A stretch of DNA of 64,000 nucleotides from the human T2T-CHM13v2.0 reference genome, Homo sapiens, in the NCBI RefSeq assembly GCF_009914755.1, contig NC_060926.1. The stretch is one strand, 5' to 3'. The notes under the pieces are model-generated. The model saw nothing but the letters and a program-made list of their open reading frames with translations, was not told where the DNA came from and did no database searches. The position numbers and the translations under genes were made by a program. Below, one piece after another: positions 29,854 to 43,499 of this stretch (position 1 is its first letter; each line of letters starts with the position of its first letter).

Positions 29854-30554
29854 TGTAACCACACAACTGGTTCACAGTGCCCACTGCCTAGACAGAGCCT
29901 ATTTATCAAGACAGGGGAATTGCAACAGAGAAAGAATAATTAATGCAGAGCCAGCTGTGTAGGAGAACAGAGTTTTATTATTACTCAGATCAGTCTCTCC
30001 AAGCATTCAGGGATAGGGGTTTTTCAGGATAACTTGGTGGGTGGTGGGCAGCCAGTAAGTCAACAGTGCTGATTGGTTAGGTCGAAGATGAAATCATAGG
30101 GAGTTGAAATTGTCTTGTGCTGAGTAAGTTCCTGAGTGGAGGCCACAAGATCAAATGAGCCAGTTTATTGATCTGGGTGGTGCCAGCTGATCCATCAAGT
30201 TCAGGATCTGCAAAATATCTCAAGAAATGATCTAGGCTTTACAATAGTGATGTTATCCCCAAGAGCAATTTGGGAAGGGTCAGAATCTTGTAGCCTCCAG
30301 CTGCATAATTTCTAATCTTTTGGCTAATTTGTTAGTCCTACAAAGGCAGTCTAATCCCCAGGCAAAAAGGGGGTTTGTTTTGGAAAAGGGCTGTTATCAT
30401 CTTTGTTTTCAACTATAAACTAAGTTCCTGCCAAAGTTAGTTCATCTTACACTCAGGAATGAATAAGGACAGCTTGAAGGTGAGAAGCAAGATGTAGTTG
30501 GTTAGGTCAGATCTCCTTCACTGTCTCAGTTACAGCTTTGCAGTAACAGTTTCA
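29854..30554 (-). mobile_element. LTR8-like ERV1 solo LTR
   Basis: Minus strand begins tgaaactgttactgcaaagctgtaactgagacagtgaaggagatctgacctaacc, resembling LTR8; TG...CA ends. Confidence 0.8.
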
Positions 30555-31027
30555 CAACCATCAGTTTCACAATCATCACCACTCAAGAGCTTTCATCCTT
30601 CCCAACTAAAACTCCATCTCATTAAATAATAATTCCCAATCCCCTCTTCCCACTATTCTACTTTGTCTTGAATACTTCAACTATTCTAGGTAGCTGATGT
30701 AAGTGGAATTAGACAATATTTATCTTTCAGTTACTGGCTTATTTCACTTAGCATGTCCTCAATTTTCACCCGTGCATATTGCAGGATTTCATTACTTTTT
30801 TAAGGCGGAATAATATTCTGTTTTAGGGATATACCACATTGCATTTATTCATACATCCATTGAAGGATATTTGGGTTGTTTCCACCTCTTGGCTATTTTG
30901 AGTAATACAAAATATGTGATGGACATGAGTGGTGTATGATAATCTGTTTGAGATCTCACTTTCTATTCTTTAGAAATACCCAGAAGTAGAACTGCTGAAT
31001 CATGTGGGTAGTAATTCTGTGTTTAAG

Positions 31028-31342
31028 TTTTTTTTTTTTTTTTTTGAGATGGAGTCTTGCTGTCCCCAGGCTGGAGAGCAGTGACGCGATCTTGGCTCAC
31101 TGCAACCTCTACCTCCTGGGTTCAAGTGATTATCCTGCCTCAGTCTCCTGAGTAGCTGGGACTACAGGCATGTGCCACCACGACCAGCTAATTTTTGTAT
31201 TTTTAGTAGAGACGGGGTTTCACCATGCTGGCCAGAATGGTCTCGATCTCTTGACCTTGGGTCTCGATCTCTTGACCTCGTGATCCATCCTCCCGGCCTC
31301 CCAAAATGCTGGGATTACGGGCGTGGACCACCAAACCCAGCC
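31028..31342 (-). mobile_element. Alu (AluS-like) with internal ~21-bp duplication ggtctcgatctcttgacct
   Basis: Reverse Alu; TSD-like tgtttaagttttt on both sides. Confidence 0.93.
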
Positions 31343-31862
31343 TCTGTTTAAGTTTTTGAGAAACCTACGTACTGTTTTCCATAGCAGCTGTTTATTTTTT
31401 TATTCCCACCAGCAATGCACAAAAGTTCTAATTTTTCTACATCCTTGCCAACATTTGTTCTTTTGTTTTGTTTTATTTTGTAAATACCAATCCTAATGTG
31501 TATGAAGTGATATTTCTTTTGGTTTTGATTTTCATTTCCCAATGTTGAGCATCTTTTCACATGCTTATTGGCCATTTATATGCCTCCTTCAGATAAATAT
31601 CTATCCAAGTCCTTTGCCTATTTATTCATTGGGTTACTTGATTTCTTTTTGTTGTTTAGTTGTAGAAGTTCTTTATATAATCTGTATATTAATCCCTTAT
31701 CAGATATAATATGATTTGGAAATATTTTCTCCCATCCCATAGGTTGCCTTTTCACTCTGCTGATAGTGTCCTTTGATGCGCAAAAATTTTAAATTTCTCT
31801 ACTTTGACTGTTGTTGCCTGTGCTTGTGTTGTTATATTCAAGAAGTTATTGTCAAATCCAAA

Positions 31863-32447
31863 TGCAGTCTTGTTGTCTGAGTTATTGCCATGATTTTTTT
31901 GTCTCATGACCAAGAAAATTAAGGAGCATGGGCACCAAAGTTGAATTTGGAGCGAAAGTTTATTATGCAAAAGAGGAAAGCTCTCTGCAGTGAAGAGGGG
32001 GCCCAAAAGAGGGTTGCCAGCTATGGGACTCAGTCTGGGGTTTTTATGGACTGGAAGGGGAGGAATGTGCTGACTGGTCTATGGGCCATCTTGGAGGACC
32101 AATTGGAGGTAAATGTGAAGGCTTCGCCTGGGACCAATCAGGGGCTGAAGTGATGATTTACCCTATGTAAATGAAGACTTAGCTCACGGTCAATTACGGA
32201 GAGGTAGGCATATGTAAAATAGGTGAAAAGTGAGAGACAAAGACGTGAAGGGGAGAGAAATATGTCCAAAAAAGGGTGGGATTTGTTTATCTGGGTTCAC
32301 AGACTGAGTGTTTCCATTCATGGAGGCAGGCTTTTTCTTATCTGGGGCCTGCAGTTTGACTTTGAGGCTGTTCTTTGTTTGAAAGAGTTTTACCAAGAAG
32401 CCATCCTAACTGCCTGCTTGACCAGTTTCTTTCTTTCTCCTCTCTCA
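31863..32447 (-). mobile_element. ERV-class solo LTR (family not assigned)
   Basis: TG...CA ends; it splits the L1 sequence gtcaaatcca|atgtcatgaa; minus-strand AATAAA is near its 3' part. Confidence 0.7.
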
Positions 32448-33360
32448 TAATGTCATGAATATTTTCCCCTGCATTTTTTTCTAGGAGTTTTATAGTTTTA
32501 GGTTTTACATTTAGGTCTTTGACACATTTTGGGTTAATTTTTATAGGTAGTGTAAGGTAAGAGTTCTACTCTATTCTTTTACATATGGATATTCAGTTTT
32601 CCAAACCTACTTTGTTGAAAAGATCATCCCAGTGAATGATCTTGGCAGTTGGTGAGAATCATTTGACCATATATATAGAAGTTTATTACTGGGCTATTTT
32701 ATTCCATTGGTCTATTTGTCTGTCTTATGCCAGTGCTACACTGTTTTGGTTACTGTTTTATAGCAAGTTTTGAAATCGGGCCATGTGAGACCTCCAATTT
32801 TGTTCTTCTTTTTCAAGATTGTTTTAGCTATTTGAGGTCCTATGAGATTCCATATGAATTTTAGAATGGATGTTTTTATTTCTGCAAAAAAAAAAGTTAT
32901 TGGGATTGTTTTTGGGGATTACAATGACTAGATACATTGCTTTGCTTAGAATTGACATCTTAAAAATATTAGGCTGAGGCGTCTTTCCATTTACTGAAAT
33001 TTTTTTAGCAATGTTTAAAGTTTTCAGTGTATAAGTCTTTTACTTCCTTGGTTACGTTTATGCCTAAGTATTTTATTCTTTTTCATGGTATTAATATATA
33101 AACATTTAATCATGTTTATGCATCCATTCAGTCTTTCATTCATTCAATAAATGTTTATAGAACACCTAGTCTGTGCCAGGCATTATTCTAGGTGCTAGCA
33201 TCTTTATTTTGAAATTTCAGAAAATAAAATCAAGAATTCAAATTAGGATCAGAGATACATTAATAATGGAGTATTTTCTAAGTGAAGATGTGACAGTCAA
33301 GTATATTTTTAACAAAGTTGTAGGTAGTAAAGAAGACAGACAGATTCAGATCTGAGCATT

Positions 33361-33472
33361 TCATTTTACTTTTATTTTTATTTTGAGACAGAGTCTCACT
33401 CTGTCACCCCGCTGGAGTGCAGTAATGCGATCTCGGCTCACTGCAATCTCCTCCTTCAGGATTCTAAGTGAT
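33361..33472 (-). mobile_element. 5'-truncated Alu right-arm fragment with TSD caga(t/a)ctgagcattt
   Basis: Tail plus ~95 bp of Alu 3' end, bracketed by near-identical direct repeats. Confidence 0.85.
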
Positions 33473-36400
33473 TCCAGAACTGAGCATTTTAGGAAGGGTG
33501 TTGTGTTTTCTTTCTTCTTTGCCTCCACATTGCTCCATTCTGGTTCTCCTGGCCCATGTCTCAATGATTTTTTTGGGTTCTGAACCTCACAAAGACCTGA
33601 GCATCCTGGCACCCATTCCAGTGAACTGGTTCTGGTGACACTCAGAAGATAGTTTTGTTTGTTTGAGGCTTAATCATAACCTTATCTGAAGAATATTGTA
33701 TTGAAAATAGGCTCCTTCTTCATTCTTCTCCTATTCCTTCTCTTTTTCTTTCATTTGTCACTTTCGCTGATTAAGCTGATGAGCTTAATCCAAAACAATG
33801 GATATTGAAACCCTCTGAGACCTTCATTTTTTTACTTTGATTTTGCCACAAGGAAGTCTGTTACCAGATAATTTATGAAAAAAGATACAATAGCAATAAA
33901 ATATATCAGTAACATCAGAAATAAGGAATAACATCTAAGACAAGTTCTATTTTCTTTCATTTAATTCACAAAAAATAAAAAGTAAACACCACGATTCCCA
34001 AGGTATTTTGTGAGTAAACAGTTCATACATGCATTTTGAATGTGTGTAGAAGTGAAAGAGTGTGAAGAAAAGAGGATGACAAGAGTTCATTCAAGGGAGC
34101 AGATGGCAGACACCTAACCTAAAAAAAGCTGAAAACATAGGAAACAAAATGAGGTGGAAATGGTATTGCCACATAAAATTCCCAAAAGAAGAAGTTTTGT
34201 ACGTTTCCTTTTTTGGCTTTAATGTGAACGCCTGGAAAATAAGATTAGTGATTCCCTATTCTACATCCTTAAATCATGCGTTACAGCTGGGGCTCAATAA
34301 CTATTTGCTGGGCCTTAGAAATAATCATATTTAACTCCCTGATATCACAGACAAACTGAAGTCCAAAGAGGTTCAATTACTTGGGCAAAACCATAGTATT
34401 ATGAAGAAGCACGATCTGAAACAGAGCTCCAGTTCTCATATGTGCCCTGTAAATATTGCTAAGAGATCAATATTTAAATATATTTCTATGTGTTTTGCAT
34501 ATGGTTTTACTTGATCTTCTTAACTAACTCCATTTACAATGTCATTTTGGAGGAAAAAAATCAAATCTGGTTAATTGGCTTTCCCTAAACAATATCTCTC
34601 CTCCATATTTATATGTATATTTTTTTCCCCAGGAATACTACGACAAATTTCATATTGGCCACTAATGATTCCCAAACACTATTACTCTCTATAACCATAT
34701 TTATTGAGAGAATCAGTAAATAAATCAGCAAAATGTACAGTACTGATACATTCAGTGCTATGGCCATCAGTTATAATATCCCTAAAAGGTTTACTCTTTC
34801 TGCCTTACTTTTTACATGAAATTTTAATAGCTATGACATATTTATCTCTTCCAAATATGTATTAGTAACTGTGATTCCAGCAATACCAAGTTCTGCATTT
34901 ACTTTGATAGAAATTAAATATTCTCATTAGCCTTTGTAATGGAGGAATTATTCCTCTTAGCATTTGGTGTTTGCTTCAGAAACATTCATGAATGTATTTT
35001 CAGAATTATATCTTTTAGGAAGAATGGAAACGATATTTTTCTTCCCATGCATTAATATTTTTAGTGCCTGAATGCCTCTGATTCTTTTAAAGATTGAGGC
35101 ATTTTTCCATCTGCCTGTTAGAATGATTTGAGTCTTAATTAAAGTTGATTGCACCTGTGCATATATTCAGCTACCCACACACTCCCACCTAAGAGTGGAA
35201 AAGCTTGTCTTTCCTCCAAAAATTAAAAGTGGGAACTCTTATCTTTTTTAAAAAAATTTATAGTCATAGAAGACAGATAATACTGTGAAGTGTTAAATAC
35301 AATGCCTTCTGGCTGTCTTAGATCAGTGACTTTTTAACCTCCTAATGATTGTTTGTCAGTTGATGTAAGAGTTGATTATCTTTCTTAATCTGCTGGTTTT
35401 CTTTTCATTTATAGAGCAGCCTAGCTGAAGTAGCTAAGTAAAAAATCAGAATTTAATAACAAAGTCTCATCCACCTACTCACTGGTTGGTTGTGGTTGTG
35501 CTTGTTCTTAGATTTGGCAGCCAAGTTTTTCCTTATTTATGAAGTTGGGGAATAATCATAATGTAAATAAATAAATAAATAAATAAATGATGGCAATCAT
35601 CTTCAAACTTGGAGTAGTGAAACATTTTTCTTTACTACCTGTAACATGTTTTCTCCCAAATAATTCTAATAAATATAAAATAGATTAGCTCCTATTTATT
35701 TATTTACTTCTACTTTTCTTTTCTTTCTCTTGGGGCAAACAGGACAAATAAAATGCTTTCATTTTAAATTAGGGAAAACAGTGGAATCACAAGATCTAGC
35801 CAGTCTACAAAATTAATAACCAAAAATATGTTAAGTGTTGCTAAAAACTTTCCGTAATATAAAACAGTGTCTCTTAATCCTGGTTTTAATTGTGGCCTAG
35901 GCATGAATATTTTTTGAAAGATCCCATTTCTAATATGCAGTCAAGAACAGGAACATCTAATATAGAATTCATTCTGGTACTTAGTAGAATCCTAGTAGAA
36001 GATCATTGAGTCTAAATTCCTCATTTACAGTTAAGCAAATAGAGGAAAGTAATTTGCCCAAAGCCTCAGAGTTAATTAGGGCTAAGTATGAACTGGTACC
36101 CAGGGGCTCATAACCCCAAAGATGATTCTGTACAATGTTGTGGCTGTGCGGTGCTATGACTGGGACTCCCCAGATCAAAGTGTCCAGAGGTGTGAACTTT
36201 CTGCACTTGGTTTCCAAATTGCTGGTATAAATTTATGCGCTACATTATTAGTACCAATTTTATTTTCTCCAACAACATCTAGGCCATTTCTAATAAAATG
36301 TGGTAATAGCCCATGCAACAGGAACTTCGATTTTGTTCCACAAATGCCTAATTGTAATTTCCTATGAGTATTAACTCAGTGTTTAGGATACATAAAAATG

Positions 36401-39400
36401 TTCTACATTACATCTTCCCAACCTATAAAATGTCTATTCACAGAGTACTGCTTTGACTTTTCAGTCATTCTCTTTCTATCCTATTGTTCAAAGGGTTATT
36501 CTGACATCACCACTTAAAAAATACATGAAAACAGAAATGGTAGAGACATTGATAGAGTTTCACATTTTCTTTTCCTATAGAAGGAAAAGTTAATTTGAAT
36601 TCCTTGCATCCAATAGATAATTGGTCTACTTTCTTGCCATGGCTTTAGTAATCAGAGATTCAAATTCCTCTTATAAAGCCAAATTCTCTTGAATATCTCA
36701 TAAATGGGCCACTCAAATTATAGGCATGGTTTCTTTATTCTGTATATAACATTGTTGCTTCTCCTAGAGCTTGGCATCATTTCTTCTGTATTTCGGCTGT
36801 CTGATTGTTCACACTGCTGGCAGCACCTAAGGATATTTTGTATGTAAAACCACCCTTCTTCTGTTCTATTGTAAGGTATCATTAATTAGTTAGAAAATCT
36901 CCTTGAAACAGGTCAGTTTTGTAGTTTTAAGAATATTGGACTTCAGTAGGGGGACACTTCTCATCAAACATCATTTCTTGTCATGTATTAAGGCTCACAT
37001 GAATCCTATTTCACTTTAAACTGAGAAAACAGTGTATATAATTTTACATCTTGGCCCTTTCATTTATTTTTTCCCCATAGAATTTAAGATCCAGAAGGCA
37101 TTTCAGAGATGGTATGGCCTAAATCTCTTATTTGAGCGATGGGTACACAGAGGCAGAGAAAGTAAGAAAATGTACCCAGTGACACACAGATGATGGCAAA
37201 ACCATTACCAGGGTCAGGTTTTCCAGGAGTTAAATCCAGAGATCTTTGTACTATGCCAGTCTATTCAGCATTACTATGATGGGGGCAGTGGAAAGGAGAA
37301 CCAATCTAACATGACATATGTTTGAGTCCTGTGGCCTCCTTTCTTCAAGAACATTCTTTTTTAAGTTGTTAGCTTTATGTTAATTTGCTGCGTTGTGTCC
37401 TATTTAAGACTGACTCTAGCAGCAAGTCTTCCATAACTTTGGCACATGATTTTGGAATTTGTCAAAAGATAAAGACATCTTAAAACATCCTAAGTCAAAA
37501 TTTGTACCTGACCCAGGTTATAAAGATTTTATAACCCTAAAATCCTGTTTGGTCAAGTCTGTAGAATTCTATTTTTCCCTCTAGGAGATTTTTATCAGTT
37601 GTTTCTCTATCAAAAGAACCATGAAGAACTGAATTTAGAGGGAATAAAATGAACTGCCACACTGTCAGGTCTTAAATGGAAAAGGACTAAAAGCACACCA
37701 TTGCCATTACAGGGGCCTTAGAGAACTGTGGGCATACATATTTAATGCGGTAAATTATAGGGAGACATTTGCATGTTTATGCACTATTTTGAAGTAAAAA
37801 GGGTTGTTGAACAATAAGGACACTTTCTATAATTATGTTCCATTTTTAATACGCAGAGAATTGACTCGGGGTTCAGAGTAGTTATTTAATGAATTCTGAA
37901 TATAACCTTGTCTGGTATTTCTCTCACTAAATCTTGACATCAGATTAAGACCAGACAATGAGGTTGGTTAACAAAAAATGATTATCTTGTCATTGAACAG
38001 TTGGTAGATTTTGGAATCCCAATAAAATGATCTTCATCTGGTAGATAGCCACAAATTCTGTGGCATTGGATGCAAACACTAGTTGTTTATAAAAATATAC
38101 ACTATTAAATGTTTTATATTTCTGCATTTTTAAAACTAGGTCTGTACAATACGTTGAAAAGGGTATTTTAGAAGTTGATGGCATTCTGATGTTGAGATGG
38201 TGACATCTGGATGTCTGTTGATTTCACATGCCCAGAGATAAGGCAGCACTGATAATGAGCCTGTGACCTGGGATAATTATTCTCACATCTTCCTTCTGGT
38301 GCCTCTCATACACCTCTCTTGGGTGAATCTTCCTTTAAAACTGATGGCATCATCATATCCTGCTCCTTGAAAATAAATACAAACTCTGTAGCCTGCCACT
38401 TAAAACATTCAATTTGTTACTTCTTTTCTATGTAAATTCAGGTCTCATTCTTTCTAATACAAAGCCTGCCTTTCAGAAACAGGCTGAACTTATTACGGTC
38501 CCTGAACCATTATTTCTCTCCATCTTTCAATTTTTTAAAAAAAGTATTTGCTGTGCTATTTTGTCAGGCTGGACATTTGTGGGCTTTAACTTGCTTATTT
38601 TCTACGTGTCTCTACCACACAGTGACTTTCTCTACCACACAGTGACTTTCTGGAAAGGAGGATCTGTGATTTGGGTCACTTTTGCCTTATTCTTAGTTCT
38701 GAGCCACAACACCATACATGTGAATAAATGTGACTAGGGAAGGGAGGATGGTAGCATAGATGTGGCCCCATTCCCTAGTCCAAATGTCACCCTGGACTGT
38801 TCTCTCCCTCTATATTCCAGCCTTGTTCCTGCACCAACTTCTCTTTGTGTCTTCTCTTTTCATTCCTTCTGTCAGTGGGCCATTGTAATCACACTGGCCT
38901 GAAACCTCACCTTCTAAACTATGGCTGTTCCAATCTGCCCTATAGATCGCTGCCTTTACTTCTTGTCATATTCTTGCTCAAAATTCTTTAATTGACTCTC
39001 AGTCCCTGTAAGATATGTCATCTCTCCTACTAGATTGCAAACCTACTAAAATCAGAGAACAGCTGCTACATAATTTTAAATCTTTAAGTCTTCTGGAAAA
39101 TTATAGGTATTATAATACTTGTAATCTGAATGAACAAACCGAGGATAGGATGGATCCAAGACAGTAAGCTATAGTCAACTCCAGTCCCAAGTGATGCCGT
39201 TCATACTCTTCTTACATGAGCCTACCTGATTATGAGGCCTTTTGTAAGAGCATAAATAGAGACCCTTACTTTTTGTCCTGCCTCTCTTGTTCACCATCCC
39301 TGCAAACAGCTTTCCTCTTGCCATTTCTTAGGCCTAGATGTGGACATAGCACATTCAGCATCAGCTTTTCGTAGGACAAACTCAAGGAAAGAAGACAGCC

Positions 39401-40059
39401 CAGGACCTGGAAGTCAGCTTGGGGCCAGAAATGCAGCGAGTTCTTAGGTCCAAGCTGCATATGGAGAAGTCTGTAAAAGAGGATAGAGGCTCTAGATGGG
39501 CACAGGCTCTTGGCTTCATGGACTCCTTGTCCCATGTTGAGAGGTAACAGGATGAGAATCAGAGTGAGAACCTCCAAAGTGCGGTGCTCAGGGCAGGGAC
39601 ACTGGTTGCCCAGAGCTAAGGGTGGTACTTTCTTTATTTAAATCTGCCCCAAATAAAAGATGTAAAACTCAATGATATTAAAGTGTTAATAGCATCATAA
39701 TATTCGAGATTTGGAAAAGGTCCTTAAAGGTGCTTGAATGTGGCATGATATCCACACTTTAAAAATGAAGAAATGGGAATCCAGAAAGCATGTGGTAAAC
39801 TGCAGTCAATACTGTATTTAAATTCAGATAAATTGGGAATCACACCTCAGCTTTATTGTTCACCAAGCAGGTGTTACTGGGTAAGTCATATAACCTCATT
39901 GTGCGTTGGTTTCTTCATCAGTAAAATGAAGATTATGTAGTTGCCTCATAGTTCTTAGAAGACATTCATTGTCCTCCATTCATTTCTTCAAATTTCTTCC
40001 TACCCCAAATGAAATCTAGAAAGTGGTAGAATTAGATTAAGATTTCATGTACGGTTGGT

Positions 40060-40430
40060 ATGTTGGTCTGCTTAGGCTACTACATCAAACTGTGGACTGG
40101 GTGGGGTAAACAGATACTTATTTTCTCACAGTTCTGGAGCCCAACATCAAGATGTTGGCAGATTTGGTCTTTCTTGAGGCTTCTCTCCTTGGCTTGCAGA
40201 TGGCCACCTTCTTGTTGGGTGCTCATGTGACCTTTACTCCCTGTGTATGCATACCTCGGTTCTCTCTTCTGGTAAGAACACCAGTCCTATGGGTTTCGAG
40301 CCCCACCCTTGTGCCCATATTCACCCTTCATTACCTTGTTAAAGGGCCTATGTCCAAATAGAGTCACATTGTGGGATTAGGACTTTAACATGTGAATTTT
40401 AAGGGGAGTCAAAATTCTGTCTTCATAACA
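40060..40430 (-). mobile_element. MLT1A/B-like solo LTR
   Basis: ttttctcacagttctggag, ctctccttggcttgcagatggccaccttct and ttaggactttaaca motifs. Confidence 0.8.
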
Positions 40431-41757
40431 TTCCAGAGAGTTTAGAATAGTAGATAGAAGGAAATAGTAAATACATGTAAATAATTGAAAATTTCTGTTA
40501 TACACCAGGGTTTAATTTTCTCCCAAAACTATGGGATAGTATAGAATGGGATAGATATTCTGAATTTCAGCCCCATCTCTGCCAGCAACAGGCTATCAGT
40601 AGGCCATACATTCATAGTTTTCAAAGTGCATTCTGTGTAATAATATATCTTTTGGAATTGTTCTTGAAATGGGGGGAAAGTCACCCTAGAGAATAAAATT
40701 AAGGAATCTCAACATTACATGAGCCTTCTAAACATGCACAATGCCTAATAATTCATTAAAGACTTGAAGAAATCTTAATAGCAAGGCTTTCTGTTTAACT
40801 GTTTAACCAAGCCTTTTCAAAAGTTATTTAACAATAGAACCATTTTGTTAAGAACATCTATACTCCATTGACAGTTGTAGAATATTTATGCCACGTAGAA
40901 TTTGCCTTTAGCTTATATCAAAAGCTTAATTTATGGACTTCAAGGTTTCAGCAAGCTGGTTGAGTTTGGGATGCAGAAAGGAAGAGAATGGGGCAGGAAG
41001 CAAATTTTGAAAATGTGTGGTAGACAGAAATCAAATGTAGACTATGGGATCTACATTACTCTGTTATGGAAAGTCTGGAATCAACCATCAAAACCCCTAG
41101 TTTCCAGACACTTCCCTTCTCAGAGGAAAACTTATAAGACTAGAGCCTCAATTCCTCCTCTGTACTGCAACCAGAGTGATCTTTTACAAATCTTAATCAT
41201 GTGTGTGTGTGTTTTCCATGTATCCCTACATAAACATTCAGCTGCTTTTCTTTGCTCTCAAACTGAGCAATGAAATTCTTTTCAGAAGGAGGCCCCGTAT
41301 ATCTGACCAGCTCTGTCTCTTCACCCTCAGTTAGTGCCTTTTATCCCTTTCTCTCTTCACTCCAGCTGCGCAGATCTTCCCCTCTTCCAACTTGCCATGG
41401 GCATTGCACAAATATTTCCCTCTGCCCGCAAAACTAATCTAATCCACCCTCACCCTCCCCTTTGCCATTTTTGAATCACTAATCAAGATTTCTCGACTTC
41501 CCTCCTTAAAAAAAATCATCTATTATATCTTTTCATTATATCTATCATCTCTTCTTGTAGCTCTTATCAGAGCTCTAATTCCATATGAGTTCATGTAATT
41601 ATTTTCTCCCTACCTTACATTAGGAGTTCTATTCAGGCAGAGGTCATGGTGTTTTAGTTCACTGTTCTATTCTTCCAGATCACAGTGCCTGGCATTCAAA
41701 ATGTCTAGACAGATACAGTAAAGGCATATACATTTTACCATTGGTTGAACATAATAA

Positions 41758-41832
41758 GTATATATATAGAGAGAGATATATATATGTATATATATGTGTG
41801 TGTGTGTATACACACACACACACACACACACA
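41758..41832. repeat. Compound microsatellite (TA)/(GA)/(TG)/(CA)
   Basis: Direct inspection. Confidence 0.9.
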
Positions 41833-42385
41833 CTTTTCCTCACTTGTCTTTTGTAAAAAATCAATCCAAAAAAATTTCAGAGTAAACTGCTGAAGCCAGT
41901 TTTAGAAAAGTCACATTCTTTGTTTTCTGTCTTGTTTCAATGTTACCAATAAATATATCTTAGTAACTGTGGTTTGGATAACCCACTACTGTGCAGGAGT
42001 ACTGATCTAGTATGTGTCCCAGCTGAAAACTACTACAGGCTTCTTTATGACTGTCTATTGAAGTGTCTCAGGAGATGAGTTGTGTATAAGATGTACTACC
42101 TAGATTTCCATTTCCACATCTCATTATACCACTCTTCCTGTTTATATAGTCTTCACATTTTCTGAAAAGAAAATTCTGTTGTTTTTAATAACATAAGTAA
42201 TCCTCCTTAAAATAACCCGAACAAAACAAAACAAAACAAAAAGAAAACAAAGTGAACCCTCTCTGGAAAGGCTGTTTGTTTAGATAGACTTGCATTCATG
42301 TCCTGGTTCCTCCTGTCACCCACCTCTGACTGGCATTGGGGAGCTTACACAACCGTTGAGACCCTTGGTGAGTTTTCCTTGGTGA

Positions 42386-42861
42386 GTGTTTTAGTTTGCT
42401 CAGGCTACCATAACAAAATACCATTGAGTGGGTGGTTTAAACAACAGACATTTCTTTCTTGCAGTTCTGGAGGCTGGGAAGTTCAAAGTCAAGGTGCCAA
42501 GACATTCAAGTACTGGTGAGGACTCTCTTCTAGGATTGGAGATGGCCACCTTCTTGCTGTATCCTCACATGGCAGACAGAGAAAGCACTGCTGTCCCTTC
42601 CTTTTCTTATAAAGGCACTAATCCCGTCATGGAGGCCCCCCCCTTACAATCTCATCTAAACCTAATTATCTACCAGAAGCCCCACCTTTGGACATCACAC
42701 CCAATGTGTGTGATGACATCACACCCAATGTGTGTGATGACATCACACCCAATGTGTGTGATGACATCACACCCAATGTGTGTGATGACATCACATCTGG
42801 GTCTAGAGCTTCAACATATAAATTGGGGAGGGGGTGTGGCTCACATATTCAGTCCATAACA
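42386..42861 (-). mobile_element. MLT1A-like solo LTR containing a minisatellite
   Basis: cagttctggaggctgggaagttcaa, ttcttataaaggcactaatccc and attcagtccataaca motifs. Confidence 0.85.
42691..42795. repeat. 24-bp minisatellite gacatcacacccaatgtgtgtgat, 4 identical copies plus 9 bp
   Basis: Exact period of 24. Confidence 0.97.
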
Positions 42862-42928
42862 GTGAGTCTTCCCAGTCAACAGGACCCTAAGTTTTGCTTC
42901 ACAGTGAAGCCTGGAAGGGCTAGGTAAG

Positions 42929-43499
42929 TGTATTAGTCAAGTTTCTCCAGAGGGACAGAACTAGTAGGATATTTGAACATATGAAAGGGAATTTATTTAG
43001 GAGAATTGACTCACACAATTACGAGGCGAAGTCTCACGATAGGCTGGCTGCAAGCTGAGGAGCAAAGAAACCAGTCGTGTCTCAGTCCAAGTCCAAAAGA
43101 TTCAAAAGTAGGGAAGCCTACAGTGCAGGCTTTAGTCTATGGCTGAAGGCCTGAGAGTCCCCAGAAATCCACTGGTGCAAGTCTCAGAGTCCAAAGGCCG
43201 AAGAACCTGAAGTCTGATATCCAAGGGCAGGAAGCACCCAGACCAGAGAAAGATGAAAGCCAGAAGACTCATCAAGCCGGCTTATCCCAGCTATTTCCAC
43301 TTGCTTTATTCCACCTCTGCTGGCAGCTGATTGGATGGTGCCCACCCACATTGAGGGTGGGTCTTCCTCTCCCAGTCCACTGACTCAAATGTCAGTCCCC
43401 TCTGGCAACACCTCACAGACTTACCCAGAAACAATACTTTATGAGCTATCCAGACATCCTTCCATCCAATCAAATTGACACCTAAAATTAACCATCATA
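42929..43499 (-). mobile_element. MLT2B-like ERVL solo LTR
   Basis: tgtattagtc...ctccagagggacagaacta start; gactcaaatgt, caatcaa.ttgaca...attaaccatca end. Confidence 0.85.

Larger units (their letters stand above)
29760..33100 (-). mobile_element. Old L1M 3' region, interrupted by two LTRs and an Alu
   Basis: Reverse L1 motifs (tggcttatttcacttagca, gttgagcatcttttcacatgcttattggccat, tatgaattttagaat) resume collinearly across each insertion. Confidence 0.8.

Noticed and set aside
42691-42795. CRISPR-like array of palindromic repeats
   Set aside because: Units are contiguous with no unique spacers, there are no cas genes, and the context is a primate intron inside an LTR.
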